DNA of 64,000 bases from the NCBI RefSeq assembly GCF_009914755.1, contig NC_060932.1. One strand, written 5' to 3'. The notes under the pieces are model-generated. The model had not been told where the DNA came from, did not search any database, and saw only the letters and a program-made list of their open reading frames with translations. The number at the start of each line of letters is the position of its first letter. Within the stretch, counting starts at the first letter, position 1. A program made the position numbers and the translations under genes. The stretch comes from the human T2T-CHM13v2.0 reference genome, Homo sapiens. This document shows positions 16,931 to 30,799 of the stretch, in pieces.

Positions 16931-17224
16931 ATATATATATATTTTAGACAGAGTCTTGCTCTGTCGCCTAGACTGGAGTGCAGTAGCACAATCTTGGCTC
17001 ACTGCAAACTCCGCCTCCTGGGTTCAAGTGATTCTCCTGCCTCAGCCTCCTGAGTAGCTGGGACTACAGGCGCCCGCCACCTTGCCCAGCTAATTTTTGT
17101 ATTTTTAGTAGAGACAGGGTTTCACTATGTTGGCCAGGCTGGTCTCAAACTCCTGACCTCGTGATCCGCCTGCCTTGGCCTCTCAAAGTGCTGGGATTAC
17201 AGGCGTAAGCCACTGCACCCGGCC
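16931..17224 (-). mobile_element. AluS
   Basis: Full dimer. Confidence 0.9.
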
Positions 17225-17727
17225 TAGAATAGATTTTAAAAGATTTCTTTCATAAATTTTAGAAACCTAAAGAGGTGATTTGTGAAAGAAACCAGATTTT
17301 CATTAGTTTACAAATATTTACAAAATACTATGTACTACTCGGTGTCTTCTTTACTGGATTATAAATGTAGAAACATGGAAAGTAAACACAGGACCTGTCA
17401 TGGTCCATGTTCAAGGACATTTGGGCCAGAAATAGATACACTGATGGAAAACAGGGCCACGGGAGGTGGGAGAGAATTTAAACGTGTAATTTGAACATTA
17501 AACAGCCAGGAACTTCCAGAAAATTCTCTTGTGCTGCCATGACCAGTATCAAAGAACTTTACAAGGCTGAGGAGAGCCCACCAAATGTTTTAAGTGTTTT
17601 GAGTCTAAAATCTGGGTATTAAAGCTTGGGCCAAGTGGGAGAAAAAGCAATCTTAGGAAAAGAAAGTGCTAAGTCTGGTCCCTGGAGTTTAAGGCTTGTG
17701 TAATGACAGGCAAGAATAAGGTGATTA

Positions 17728-18076
<349 letters not shown>

Positions 18077-20064
18077 TCATGAAGGCAAAAAGGGTGAAAG
18101 GTAGTATTCACACTCCCAATTAGAAGCCTGAGAGAACAGCAAGAACAGCTGGCACAAGGATGTTGTAGAAATAACACAAGAGAAGACCCACACTGGGGAT
18201 TCTAAAGCTGCTCCTTTGTGTTTCGATGGCGTTGCCACCGACAAACCTTTCCCCTTCCAGTCACACAGGGGCCACTGGAATCCCAATCCCTTGACAAAAC
18301 ACCAGATGCCTGAGATGTTTATTTGATGACTGGTTGAACGGGAGGAAAAAAACTCCTTTTCTCTCGTCTTTGGAGTTCACCTACTTAAACAAGAAGTCTG
18401 TCTTTTGTGCCTGTCACCATCGTGTTCTGTGAGGAGGTTTCAGTCCTTTACTCAAGGCAGAAATCCTTCTTAAGCCTTGATTTTCTTGTTTGGGCCTCTT
18501 ACATGAAACAGACACAGGCTGTTGACAGAAATGTTGAAGTGGCCATGAAGTCTGGAGCCCGGATGTCGTTCACCTGCCAAACAGTGTCAAGGGTGAAAGG
18601 CAAAGATCGAAGGCCAAAGTGCCCCTAGCGTCCCCTGCAGCAGGTCTCAGTCAACCTTAATAGATCTATTAATAGAAAGAGGCTGGACTGCGCAAGGGCA
18701 GGGGGACTAGCCTGGCTAAAAGCAAAATAAAACACATCAACAGACACACTCTTCTTTTGTTAGGAGGAGGTGGGATCACAGGCCCACATGCTCCCAGACG
18801 AGGTGGGGCCAGGAAGACTCTCACAGGATTGCCTTTCATGCTGCCACGGATGGATGCTCCAGGCAGATCCACTCTGCCAAGGCGTGCTTTGGGATTAGCC
18901 AGGCACTCCTTTGTCTTTTCATGACGTTTCCAAAAGAAGACACTGTGACTCTGACAGAGGTGACCTGCACCTCACGACCCCCTCTGTGCAAACCATTAGC
19001 ATTTCCGGATCTCAAAAAAACCAAAAAAACCCACAGGGCACATGCCAATTCATAGGACAAATGGAAACAGACTGAAAACAAAAACACAGAACCATGGCTT
19101 TTCAGACCTGTCAACATGGTTAGTGTTGGAAATAGGCACTGACTTCTCTTCCACCAAGTGGAATAAAAATTTAGATGTCTTTTAACATCTTAGATATTTT
19201 AACGTATTTAAAGTCAGGCAAAAAGCCCTATAGTCATTGCACTGCCTCAAAAATTATTTACGACAGTTCTATCTTAATGCTGTGTCCTGTTTTCCTAGCG
19301 ATCAATGGCTTGAGGACCTCCCTTGAGCTCACTTTGCTGGCTCTGTTCTCTCATTTTGTTTTTGCGCTTCCCTCTCCTCTCCGGCATGTCTCAGGCCTTT
19401 ATTTTTGTTGGTCCTAACAGCTGGTCCCCTTCCCTTCCCATCTGTCTCTATCATCTATTTTCAGGTTATGGCTCAGGCCCACCTTCCTGCTCCAGGAGAA
19501 CATCTATGTATTCTCCAACGGCTGAGAAACATGCTGAGCGTCTAATGTCATCCTCCATATTGGTAACACGTAACATTAATAATGACAGTCATAATTTTCT
19601 GGAAGTAAGCCAAAGGTTCTAAGCTTAGATCGAACTGCAAAACAGTGTAACATAAAGTCAGCATTTGCTGTTACTATTAAATACATAAAAATTGGTTAAT
19701 TTTATTACTTTTCCTTGTCTATATACAAGTAGGTACTTAAAATGGTGACCTTATAAACAGTCATCTCAGAGTGGCAATTATTGTTGGTGAATGGCTTAAC
19801 GTCGTGGGTTGGTCACTACTTGTGAAATATCTGCTTTCTGAGCTGCAGAGAGTGTGGACGCCCTCTCCACAACCCCACACAATTGTGCTTCACTGTATGC
19901 ACACCCAACACAACACATGCAAAGAGTGTGCGTCAGACTCAGACAATGTATTTCACTGAATTTGGACTCAAGTTCAACTCATCATTCTAATGAGTAAGAA
20001 GATTCAAAGATGACAAGGAAGCAAGCCCACACAGTCTACGGGCCATGGGATGATGAACTTTCGT

Positions 20065-20070
20065 TTTATT
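20065..20070 (-). terminator. Candidate distal polyadenylation signal AATAAA
   Basis: tttatt on + strand; GT-rich stretch (gactgtgtgggcttgctt on minus) ~30-45 nt downstream. Confidence 0.6.
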
Positions 20071-23000
20071 GATTTTTCAGTACCCAAGTGTGGCACTGTA
20101 AGGCTGCCACATACAGCAAGTGACATGACACCAAAAGGACCTTCCGAGAGTATTATTCTTACTTTGGATGGAAGACATCGCTTAAACAAAAAACATTTAA
20201 AGATGCTCCCTTGCTTTTTATAATTCCTAACTGTAAAATATAATTTTAGTACAGAACAAACAAATTCTCCTTGGTTGGTCACATCATTCATTATTGAAAG
20301 GGAAACTTAGTATCAAAAGAAACAAAACACTGAAATAAATAACTAAGTAATTTACTGAAAGGTAGTTTTGTTGCATTGCACACAACTGACCGCAGAGAAT
20401 TCTAAAGCTGATTTTTTTCTTAAAGGATGAAAAACTCATTTGCCATTTTTAGTTTCTTGCTAAGTGATACATGCTCCTTATAAGGAAAACTACTCTGTGT
20501 AGGCCTGAGTTTAAAATGTAAATATCTGTTTATCCAGAGTTTGTTAATCTAGAGTACACAGATGTGGAAAACTGGTGGTGAAAAGAGGGACCTACCCAGC
20601 CTTCAGGGTGGCTGGGCAGGGGCCCCATGTTACTGGCCTCAGCCACCAGCAGCGTCTTCACTCCGCCCAGGTCAGAAAGCACTGCCTAAAGCCGGAGCTT
20701 AGGATGAACATGGGCAAAAAGCACTGGTACAGTTCCATGTGTTTCTCTTCTACTGTAATGTCCCCAGAGGGATTGTGAAATGTCTGAGAACATCCCCTGG
20801 AGGAGGTTTAAAAGTGAGAAGCCCATGATATGGCTATGGAACATAAGCACTTATTGCTGGCATGTTTCTACCAAGATTGAACACAATGCTTTTCTTTGAT
20901 AAAGCTTTGGGCAAGTTCCTAGTCCAATTTCTTCTGCTACAAGTACACAGAATTTACTGCCTTCTTGGTCAGCTCTTGGTATGAATTCTTCTCTTGAATT
21001 AAGATCCTCCCTGGCTTGTCTCTCACCCACCCTGTATCTCTTAGAGAAAGCACCTGGCTGTCTTCACCTACGCGAGACCTTCTCTGGAATGTGATTTGCT
21101 GCGACTGCAGACATCTCCATACGGCATAATGAACTCCCTTGAGTGGTCTCTTTTTAAACAATTTTGGGTGAGGGGCAGGTTTCTTGGTTTGTTTCAAAAC
21201 TCATCTTGAAAATAATCTAGACGGAAAAATCCGAAGTGAAATTCTGGTGCAACAAATATTTTAAGATTGAAGTTTGGTTACTTCTCTTGTCCATCTTTTC
21301 GTGCCCACAAATGGAAACTACATTCCTGATTTAAGAGGATGCTTCTGTCTGTATCCTTTTTTGAACTGCATTGTTCTCACAAGGACCAGCAAACTTTTTC
21401 TGTAAATATTTTAGTAAATATTCTAGGCTTTACAGGCCACATATAGTGTCTGCTGCATATTCTTCAACGTTTTTTCTTAGGCAACTGTTTAAAAATGGCA
21501 AATCCACTACTACCTCTCAGCTGGAGCAATGAGGTTTTCTCAGCCCTTGTTTCAGGATCCTCAGGTATGTGACTAACTCTTCTATGCCCAGAGCTGGAAG
21601 GCGGGGTCCCCTAACTCCCTGGGTGCCCACCTGCCCACTTCAACCATTTGTGGCCCCTTCCTTTCCTTTCTTCCCTCTCTGCTGCTGACACCAGTGGCTC
21701 CATCGCCAGCTCCCTGCAGCCTCCACCAATAATCCATGGCTCCTCCAGGAAGTGTCGCAGGCAGGTGGCCAAGACCAACTTATTAGGTAGCCAGAAGCTC
21801 ACCCCTTTCTTAACAACTTTGACCACGAAGCGCAAATACGATGCAGGTAAATCCAGAGGCAGAGCCTGGGTCCCCAGGCTGCTGGTAACACGCTTTGAAA
21901 TCCAGGTGAGGGAGCCATGCCCCCACAGCTCTTGCCTCAAGGATCAGATGCATTTTACCTTCCAGAGACGCAGGTTAAGCTGCACCTGAGGCAGTTTGAG
22001 CCACAACTGGGACAGAATTCCCTTGGTCTTCTCTTCTGATCCCTCAGCAGAACTGCCCCTAATGCTCAGTTCATGGCAATACAGGCCTTTTCTCTCCTGT
22101 TTCTCCAAACTCTCCCAGCCTCTGCCCAGTACCTAGTTCCAAAGCCACTTTTATAATATCCTCAGTTATCTGTTATAGCAACAACCCCACTTCTGGGTAC
22201 TAATCTGCTACCAACTACAGGAATTTAACTGTTCTGGAGTTAGGGAACAGCACACACAGACACTCGCACAAAACAAACTCCACCTAAAAAAACTGTACGA
22301 GAATTCCCCAAACTTCTCAACTAAATAAATAGGTGAAAAAACACCAATCTCACATATGCCAATCCAATTGTCCTTTTTAGATTTTGGCTTAAATTGTCGA
22401 ATTTTTTCCTTCAAAATGTGAATTTATTTCCTGTATTGGATGCAGACTCTTCCCTTCTGGATTTACAGTGGTGCTGCCAGCAACAGCCTCAGTCAATGCG
22501 GTTAGGAAGAGGACTCGGCAGGCTGTGCATGGGGTCTCCCAGTACGATTAAAAGCTGAGATGACTTTTAATTAAGGGGGGTGGGGGAAACACCAATTGGA
22601 AGCTGGAAGAAACTGAGGCACGATTAAGCAGAAACACTGAGGAATACTGAGCAAGAAGTGGGCATGTGCTCTAGTTCCAATAAAACCGAAACTGGTGAAA
22701 CTAGGAATTTCCAATTCTTTCAAAACCACAGTGTTCTAATGCCACTGAAATATGGAATAAGGAGCGTAATTACCTGCGGTCAGGAAAAGATAACAGTAAC
22801 GAGGATTTTTCTAAATAAAATGTACCAGTAAATTCTGAAGTGTGTGTTTTTAAAGAACCAGCATTGCCTCCCCTCACGCTGGTTTCTTGGGATTTTTCAC
22901 ACACTCGCACAAAGCTGTAGTCGATAGTTCACTATCACTTTTATAAATGGTTATCTCCTGGTGCCCATGTTTCTCTGTTTTGGATATAAATGGTTTAAAA

Positions 23001-23388
23001 AATTTAAATTTGCAAAGAAAACATATACAGTAACAGACCTGAACAATAAATAAAAAAAAAAATCACCCTCTTCAGGTTAGAGCTTTCAAGATAGAGAAAA
23101 AAGAGGATTATCATTTCAGGCAGTAAGTTTTTTGGTTCTATGAAAGCATCACTATTCAGTCCCCTCTCCACTGACAGAATGCATCTTTCCACCTCCCTCC
23201 AGTATCAAAGTGCATGTGTTTAAATTTAACATTCCTTAGAGAAACCCCAGAAATCTCATTTATTTTTGGCAGATATCCTGTGCAGCAAAAATCAAGTGAA
23301 TTTCCCTCTTCCCCACTCCTCAATTTAATGCTGTACTCAAAATGGCTAAACGCAATACTTCTAGACAGCAGGGCTTATAAACAATGCA

Positions 23389-23681
23389 TTTTTTTTTTTT
23401 GAGACGGAGTCTCACTCTGTCGCCCAGGCTGGAGTGCAGTGGTGTGATCTCGGCTCACTGCAAGCTCTGCCTCCCAGGTTCATGCCATTCTCCTGCCTCA
23501 GCCTCCTGAGTAGCTGGGACTACGGGCGCCCGCCACCACACCCAGCTAATTTTTTGTATTTTTAGTAGAGACGGGGTTTCACCGTGTTAGCCAGGATGGT
23601 CTCGATCTCCTGACCTCATGATCCGCCCGCCTCGGCCTCCCAAAGTGCTGGGATTACAGGCGTGAGCCACCGCGCTCGGCC
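23389..23681 (-). mobile_element. AluY in ENTPD4 3'UTR (sense to the mRNA)
   Basis: Full dimer ~130 nt after the stop codon; TSD tgcatttt. Confidence 0.93.
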
Positions 23682-23809
23682 TGCATTTTGTTTTTGTTTG
23701 GAGGAACAAAAAAGGGAAAGAAAAAACAAAACCACAGGAAAATAAAGAGGAGAAACCCTGAGGCAAAAATGGCTTTTCCTTTTGAGTCTTCGTGGAGCTG
23801 TGAGCTGGA

Positions 23810-24038
23810 TCACAAGGTCCCCGGGGCATTCTGGGCGGGAAGGCCCTCCTCCATCCAGAGGGCGGCGGCCGAGCTGCTCCGGGGAGTGCGCCTGTGGATG
23901 CGCCGCAGCCGCAGCAGGTACAGCAGGATGGCCAGCAGCACCACCAGGAAGCAGCCAGAGAACAGGTAGTGGTTGTAGACAAAGGAAACGCCCCGCCAGT
24001 GGGTGTGACTGGCTCGGAAGGCCTCCTGCTGGATGTCT
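23810..24038 (-). CDS. ENTPD4: ENTPD4 exon 13 coding part (C-terminal TM helix, stop TGA)
   Basis: 229 nt in ORF 23810-24103; [50 protein letters not shown]...APGTL*; total CDS sums to 1851 nt. Confidence 0.95.
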
Positions 24039-25200
24039 CTGCCCATGTGAACACCAAACAACAAACAGGACAGTAAGCAAGGAAAGGGGTGGAAAGGGTG
24101 CACAGGGGGACGGCGGGACCCAGGCCCCAGAGCTGCACTTTAGGAACTGCAACCCTACCTCTGAAATGGAGAACGGAACAGCCCAATGCAGGGGGCTTCT
24201 AAGTATCAGTGAGATAACATGTGAAAGTATACTCTGAAGTCGGTCATTATAATTTGGGCAACCAAAATCAGAGGAATTTAGAAGAGCCGTGAAGGTTTCG
24301 CTGATACAAAGAAGTCAACATGTAAACAAACTGCATGCTTGTGATCAGTAACACCCATGACTCACCATTTTTACAGTTAACCCAGTTAAAAGGGTTGCTG
24401 AGAAATGCTCAATTAAATGGAGGGGGTGGGGGGAAGAGCAAATGTCTCATCTATCAGGTAACTCAGGTTCTTAGCACAGGTCAACTGACAGCAGATCTGC
24501 AAACGTGAATGGGGAAAAACGCACATCTTTGTTCTACCCAAGCGCTGACTGAGATGTAGCATTTCTTTGACCATGAATGCAGACAACAAACTATCATTAG
24601 CGTTGGCAGCACCTGCAACTTTGTTACTAACGAAAATCACAGATCTTTCATGTCCCATTATGGTATCATCAATGCCTCAAAATATCATTGACGCTCATTG
24701 ACTACACTGAAATTACAGAAAGTGCTAATTCTGCTGCCAGATCCTGTTATTTAATGTGTTAATAGAGAAGAACACATATTACAGTATCACAAACTTGTTT
24801 TCTGTAATATTTTGGTATTATTTCAATATGATGGTTTCTTCTGTAATCCTATGTATTTATACATGCATTTAAACAGTATTTGGAGAAGAGGCCTGAGTCA
24901 TAAAGGTTAAGAACCCCGGAACTGACCCTTTTGCCGGGGCTGGGGAACAGACAGTTGAGAATAACCAAACACAGGGCAGTAGGACAGGAGTGCTGTGTAT
25001 TACGGGATGGTAGGGTGAGAAGGGAGGAAGCACTTGTGGGGAGGGGGCAAGACCAAAAGCAAACGTCACTGTCCCTACAATTCTGCCGTGGCCGGCTCTA
25101 ACAGCAATGCCCCAAACAGCCACAGACCACAGCTGCCATGAGGTGCTGTAACTGCAGAAAAGCATCTTTTTGATTCTCGTTCCCAAATTCACAGCCCTAC

Positions 25201-25362
25201 CTTAATGGTAGAAAGCGGGTCCTGTAGAGGATGGCTCCAAGGGTCCACTGAACCTCCTTGTCGTAAACTTGCAAGGCAGTCTTTAAGCTTTTATAGTTGA
25301 CAGGAAACGAAAAGCCCCTATGAAACACCTCAAACATCCAGGCCGATTTGAAGCACTGATAC
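25201..25362 (-). CDS. ENTPD4: ENTPD4 exon 12 (ACR5, WTLG)
   Basis: 162 nt in ORF 25197-25379; YQCFKSAWMFEVFHRGFSF...VQWTLGAILYRTRFLPL; tttgtag| and |gtaggg. Confidence 0.96.
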
Positions 25363-26275
25363 CTACAAACGGCAAGCACAAAGGCAAGTCAGACTGACTC
25401 ACTCTGTCAAGATGGCACACACACACACACACACACAATCCTTCCCTCTGTGGGCAGCCTTGGGGCAGGGGCTTCCTCAGGCCGGCTCTCCCAAACCAAC
25501 TGCGCGCGTTTCAAGGTTGATGTACTTGCTTCACATCCCTGGTCCCACAACATGGAGCAGTTCACCTGTCAAATCAATCAGTGCATGAACCCGGTCTCGG
25601 CATAATGTCATATATCCCTGAGATAGGTTTCTTTTCCAGCTGGCATTTCACCATGTACTCCTTGAATGAATACTGAACAGGTTCCAACCTCTTTGTACCT
25701 CAGTTTATTATAAAATGAGATGGTAGGAAGGTTCTCTTCAGCTCTGATATTCTATGACTCTAAATATTTATTAGAGGTTTATTTTTTGCCAAGCACTGTG
25801 CTAAGCAAGTAATAAGATACAATAATTAGTAAGATACAGTGTCTGCACTTAAGTGACTTACAATGAAAGGGGATTTTTAAAAAGCAACAGAAAAAGCAGA
25901 ACATGATAAATGCATTGGCGAGGTAGGATGAATTCTTGAGACTCAGAGAAAGGGATGAAGTCTGATTGAGGGGACAGAGGAAGACTGGAAAGGGACAGCC
26001 TCTGGCTGGACTCTGATGTCTGGGCAGGACTTGAACAAGCAAAGGTATGAACAGGGGAATTTCAGGGGTAAGAGACAGTAAAAGTGACCAAAACAAAAAA
26101 GATACGGAATATGTCTGGGCACAAGTATTTGTCCCGTTTGAAAGGGGCCCAGGGTAGATGGGAAGAACAGTGAGTGAGAAGAAGCTGGACTGAGGCCAGG
26201 GTGTGGCAAGCCAGTGGGGCCAACACTGCATTATGGTTCTTAAGAGTGCCCTGGGCTTGACCTTCTAGTACTTAC

Positions 26276-26361
26276 TTAAGCCTGTGGAGGTCAGCATGAG
26301 AGGCGTACAGTCCTCGGTCAAAGCGTTCCCGCAAAATGGACCACTTTGTTGCACAATAATC
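26276..26361 (-). CDS. ENTPD4: ENTPD4 exon 11
   Basis: 86 nt; ttttcag|GATTAT...CTTAA|gtaagt; DYCATKWSILRERFDRGLYASHADLHRL. Confidence 0.94.
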
Positions 26362-27817
26362 CTGAAAACAAATTCACCAAAATAGATCACTAGTAAAGGC
26401 TTATTAAAATTCTCACTTTAAAAATGGTTTACCAAATTTATATTTGTAACAAGCATATCCTTCCCATTAGGAAACACACAAGCTTAACTTATACAACAAA
26501 TGGCAAGACACACAAACACTCAGGGAATACTTACTGATTCGCAAACACAATGCCTTGCCTTAAAATTCTGTCCAGGGTATTGTTAAAGAGAGCTTTGCTG
26601 TCCACAACCAACCTCTCCAAAACTGTTTAGTTTCTCCCTCCATGACTGCATGGTACGGGCATACATTTTTGGAAAAGTGAAGCAGTATTTTAGCTACTTC
26701 AAACTAAGTCCTACATCTGTGGAGGACACAGTACAAGCTACTGGGATAATAACTGCAAAAGGTTTTTGTCTTTAACAGAAGGGAAAGAGATCCCACTTTT
26801 CTTGAAGTTATTTGTTATAATAACTTTTATTGAGCATTGTGTAAGTGTGTCTTCTCAATGTAATACTTAACTCCTCGAGGTGGCTACCATCCCGACCTCT
26901 ATTTAAAGGATGAAGACACTGCTGAGAGGTGGGAGATGGGCCTGGGTGTGTGACAGGGAGCACAAGGAAAAAGCACTTGGCCTGGGGAACGGGCTCGGCA
27001 TAGGCACTTCAGGAACATGGACATGGACACAGAGAAGTCGCGGAGAGCGTGAGGGAAGCCAGCTGTCTGACATGATTACAGCATACAGTGCTCTGCGCTT
27101 CGAGATGGGTTTGAGAAATACTTGGAAGATAAAATACCACACTTGTGACTGATTACACTGGGGTGTATAGGGAGAGATGAAATGGTTAGAGGGAGAAGTC
27201 CATGACTCCTAGGCTGCAGGGAAGGGGACTGGATGGTTGGCGATGCCATTAACCGAGAGAAGAACAGGAACAGAATGGAGAGAGGATGGTGGGTTTGTCT
27301 GGAGTTGTGGAATCTAGCAGGCAACCGGGCAGGGGTCAGGATTGGAGCCTCTTCTTGAGAGGCAGCAGCAAACCCTGAATATGGATGAGACCATCCAAGA
27401 ACCTGAAGATCAGGGGCCAAGTGTGGAAGTCTGGCATCACCTAAGTTTAAGGGGTGTCAGGAAGGCAGAGAGAACACAAGAACAGGAGTATCCTGGCAGG
27501 TCAGGGAGGGGGAAGGCTAGTAGGAGAATTGTCACATGCAGCAAAGCACAAAAATGACATAAAAGACTGTAATTTGGAGCTAACTGATGACCAGGGTAGC
27601 TAATGGAGTGGTGCAGAAGTCAGCGTACAGTACATTTTTTACTTCTGCTGTGACTATTCAACCTCCCTCCAAGCAAAGGGAACAGGATCCCAACATGCTG
27701 CAGTGCAGCCTTCTATACTCCGTCTTTCCCTGTCAATGTGAAAGGAGGACATAACCCGTCACCGTCCACACTGGTCTCTCAAAAGCATGCAGAGCAGACG
27801 GCGTCTCTCAAGGGTAC

Positions 27818-28142
27818 CTTTGCAGCTTTAGTAAATTTAGCAGCATTGTAGTCTCCCCCCATTCGTAACACATCCTCGGTGCAGTAGTAGAATTCGGAGA
27901 AGCCATAGAATTCACTGTTCTGGAAGTGAATTGGGGGCTGGTAGACCCCATTGAGGGAAGTCTGGGTCTCGTTTGTTTTATTCATGAAAGGCTGGATAGT
28001 CTCTCGACACAGGTCAAAGTCTCCAGTCCCTCGTAGGTATATGGTTTGTCCATTTTGCTGGATTTCATCTTTAATGTCTAGGGGTAGGCAGGGGTCCAAG
28101 TACGGCATATCAGGAGTCAGACCAGTCTGTTTACCCAGGAGC
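27818..28142 (-). CDS. ENTPD4: ENTPD4 exon 10
   Basis: 325 nt in ORF 27779-28156; LLGKQTGLTPDMPYLDPCLP...GTGDFDLC...FYGFSEFYY...KAAK; ccatag| and |gtaccc. Confidence 0.96.
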
Positions 28143-30632
28143 CTATGGCAAAACAAGAAACTTCATCGTGAGTCCTACAGAAAACTGTGTTTTCAGGAAG
28201 TGGCTGCAAACCAGTGTTTCTCAAAATACGCTCTGTGGGACATGAGACCTGCAGGACCGTGTCTGTGGAACAGAAAAGGGTTCCGAGATAATTAGTTAGG
28301 AAAATACACACTTGAGACTTTCTTGGAGAGTCAGGATACAAACTTGCCTGCAGCAGACAGGCTACCAGAGTCCAGTTGGATAACCTACCCGATTAGCCGA
28401 CGATCCTGGCAACAAGGCCTGATGTTCCCAGCTGCTGGGCACAAGGCAACTGTGTTACCAGCCCCATTTTTGCACTAGTGCTTGTGGTTTTACCTAATAC
28501 AGATGGAAGGAACGTGACTGTGACAAGATCCGGTCCTGGGCAAAGCAGGTTAGATGCTTTAGAAAAGTTACTAGAAAATTATCAAACTAGGTGTGGGTAG
28601 GATTTTTAAAACTGGGAAAAATTAGCAAACATCTAGAAGGATTTGGTATCAAATTGCCTTGCAAATCTCTTTTAAGTCCTCAGTATTCTTTAAACAAAGA
28701 CAAACTGGTATCTCAATGAGGGGTGCAGTGCATGCCAAAGAAAGGATGGAGTCTAAAAACAGACCTTGGTTCAGAGGAAAAGATTAGCAAATGAATACAG
28801 AAGTTAAGACAGAATGTCTAAGGCTTGGCTCTATTTTTATCATTCTGTTTCAACTTATTTCTTTCCTTGATCAGCTATGGGTCCCAACTGCAGCAGACAG
28901 CAGTTTCCATTGTACAATGGGCTCTGAGATGCCCTGTAGAAAATAAACATTAATTTTGTTAACTGAAAGGCACTAGGCTTATTACTTGCTAATGAAATTT
29001 CTGGGAGTTAACATCTGTCATCCTATTGTGTGTGCATGCCTTCAAGCAACAAGAAACAGAGAAGAGCTCACAAAATCTCAAGTGATGTTGGTGTTGGATA
29101 CTGTGAAATCACAGGGGCCTGACAGGTGTTGAACTGTTAAAGGGTTAAGCATGGTCAGAATTCAATATTCATCACCGACAGTCAAGTTTTCACTTTTCAC
29201 TCAACTCACAAGTTGTGTATTCCTCAGATCAGGGTTACTCATCATGCAGTTGAATGTAATAAATTAAGGTCTTTGCCATAAAAATGTTCGCTTAATTTAA
29301 AAAAATTAATCACCACTACAAATGGCGAAGAGATAAATGTGTACTTCAATGCTCAATTCATGACATATGAAACACCTGTAATTACTATAAAAGTCCAAGA
29401 GTAGTCAAATATATATTTCATGCTATTATTTTTAGTTGTCCTATATCTAAATTAAGAAGTACCACTAAACTATCCATTATATAAAGCTTTCTGACATTAA
29501 AACCAATGAGTAAAAATTAAGGTTTCGGAAAAAATATGTTACAAATGTTGTCTATAAAATATTTCTAGTTTAAGACTACTATAAAAATGATTATACCAAA
29601 ATGTGCTAAATACCAATTAAAAATACAAAATCATGGGACTACCAATCTTATAATTAAAACTATTCAGTTAACTTTTGGAAGAGACACAGGAAAAGGTTTT
29701 TATTGCTTTTCCTATTTACACACATGACTTTGTGGTAAATGTACTGAATAGCTCCAACTTGGTCTTTTTTCAAGTTCAGGCCTTCACAGGTTTATTAAGA
29801 TTACATTAATCAAGGAAGTATACAATCTCTTAGCTCTATGAACTAGGATTTTTTTCCCTCAAAATTGTTTCATCAAAATAAACAAATAAAACACAGTAAT
29901 AAATAGGATAGCTTACATAACCCCAGATTCAGATTTTTTTATTTATCCAAATAGCTTTTATGTTCTTACAAATTTCAAATAAATAAGTGCTATATACTTA
30001 CACTTATACAGTCAATTTAAACCAATAGAGTGCTGTTTTGTTTTATATATTTTCTATACCACAATTCTTCATACACTCATTTTTTAAAGCTTCATTGCTA
30101 AATTCAAAAGCCACTAACTCTGACTCTTCTAGATAATTTATTTCTCTTGAATAATTCCCTTCACGATGGTTCTTATCCACTAACTAGCTGCACTGGCTGC
30201 TTCATCCACAGAGTCTCCAGAACATCACATATTTCAATCTCCTCAGCAACAAGAGAACACACTACCTGAGGCCTCCAGGACACCACGAGTGCTCCAGATA
30301 CTGGGTTTCCCAAGGACTCTGAATCATGAATAGCACCACCCAGGGCTCCAAACTATTCTATAGCTTGATGGTGAAATTTCTAATCCATCAGTTGAGATGC
30401 GGGTGAGAGAGCGCACGCACACACCTCCTTCAGGGCACGGTGGGACAGAGGGCCAAAGGCAGGACCCTGGTGTGCTTTCATCTCTTCTCCCTGCTCAGCT
30501 AGTGGGGGAATAAAAAGCTAACAGTGCAACACACTTTTGCTAATTGAGTTCTTCCCACTTTGCCTGGGTCTGTTTTTTATGAGGAGAGACCTAGGTTTGC
30601 AAATGACTGCCAAGTAGTGAAAGGTGCTTTAC

Positions 30633-30799
30633 CTGTTCTTTTGAATGGTGTTGGCAAATATTCTGTCTTCGTATCTCTGTCGAGCAGCATTGCCACCAAA
30701 CCCAAGAAACGTGGCCACATAGACTCGATACACATGCTCAGTTTGGTGAACATCACATCCCAAGTTAAATTCAGCTAACAAGTTTTTAGCTACTTCTTC
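30633..30799 (-). CDS. ENTPD4: ENTPD4 exon 9
   Basis: 167 nt in ORF 30629-30820; EEVAKNLLAEFNLGCD...TFLGFGGNAARQRY...IQKN; tctgcag| and |gtaaag. Confidence 0.96.

Larger units (their letters stand above)
20046..23809 (-). other. ENTPD4: ENTPD4 long 3'UTR (~3.8 kb, distal end inferred)
   Basis: Mostly unique sequence after the stop codon; minus-strand AATAAA at 23259-23264, 22423-22428 and 20065-20070. Confidence 0.6.

Noticed and set aside
23587-24237. Stack of 93-199 aa ORFs around the last exon
   Set aside because: Alternative frames or antisense of the GC-rich ENTPD4 exon 13, some running into Alu; only 23810-24038 fits the spliced frame
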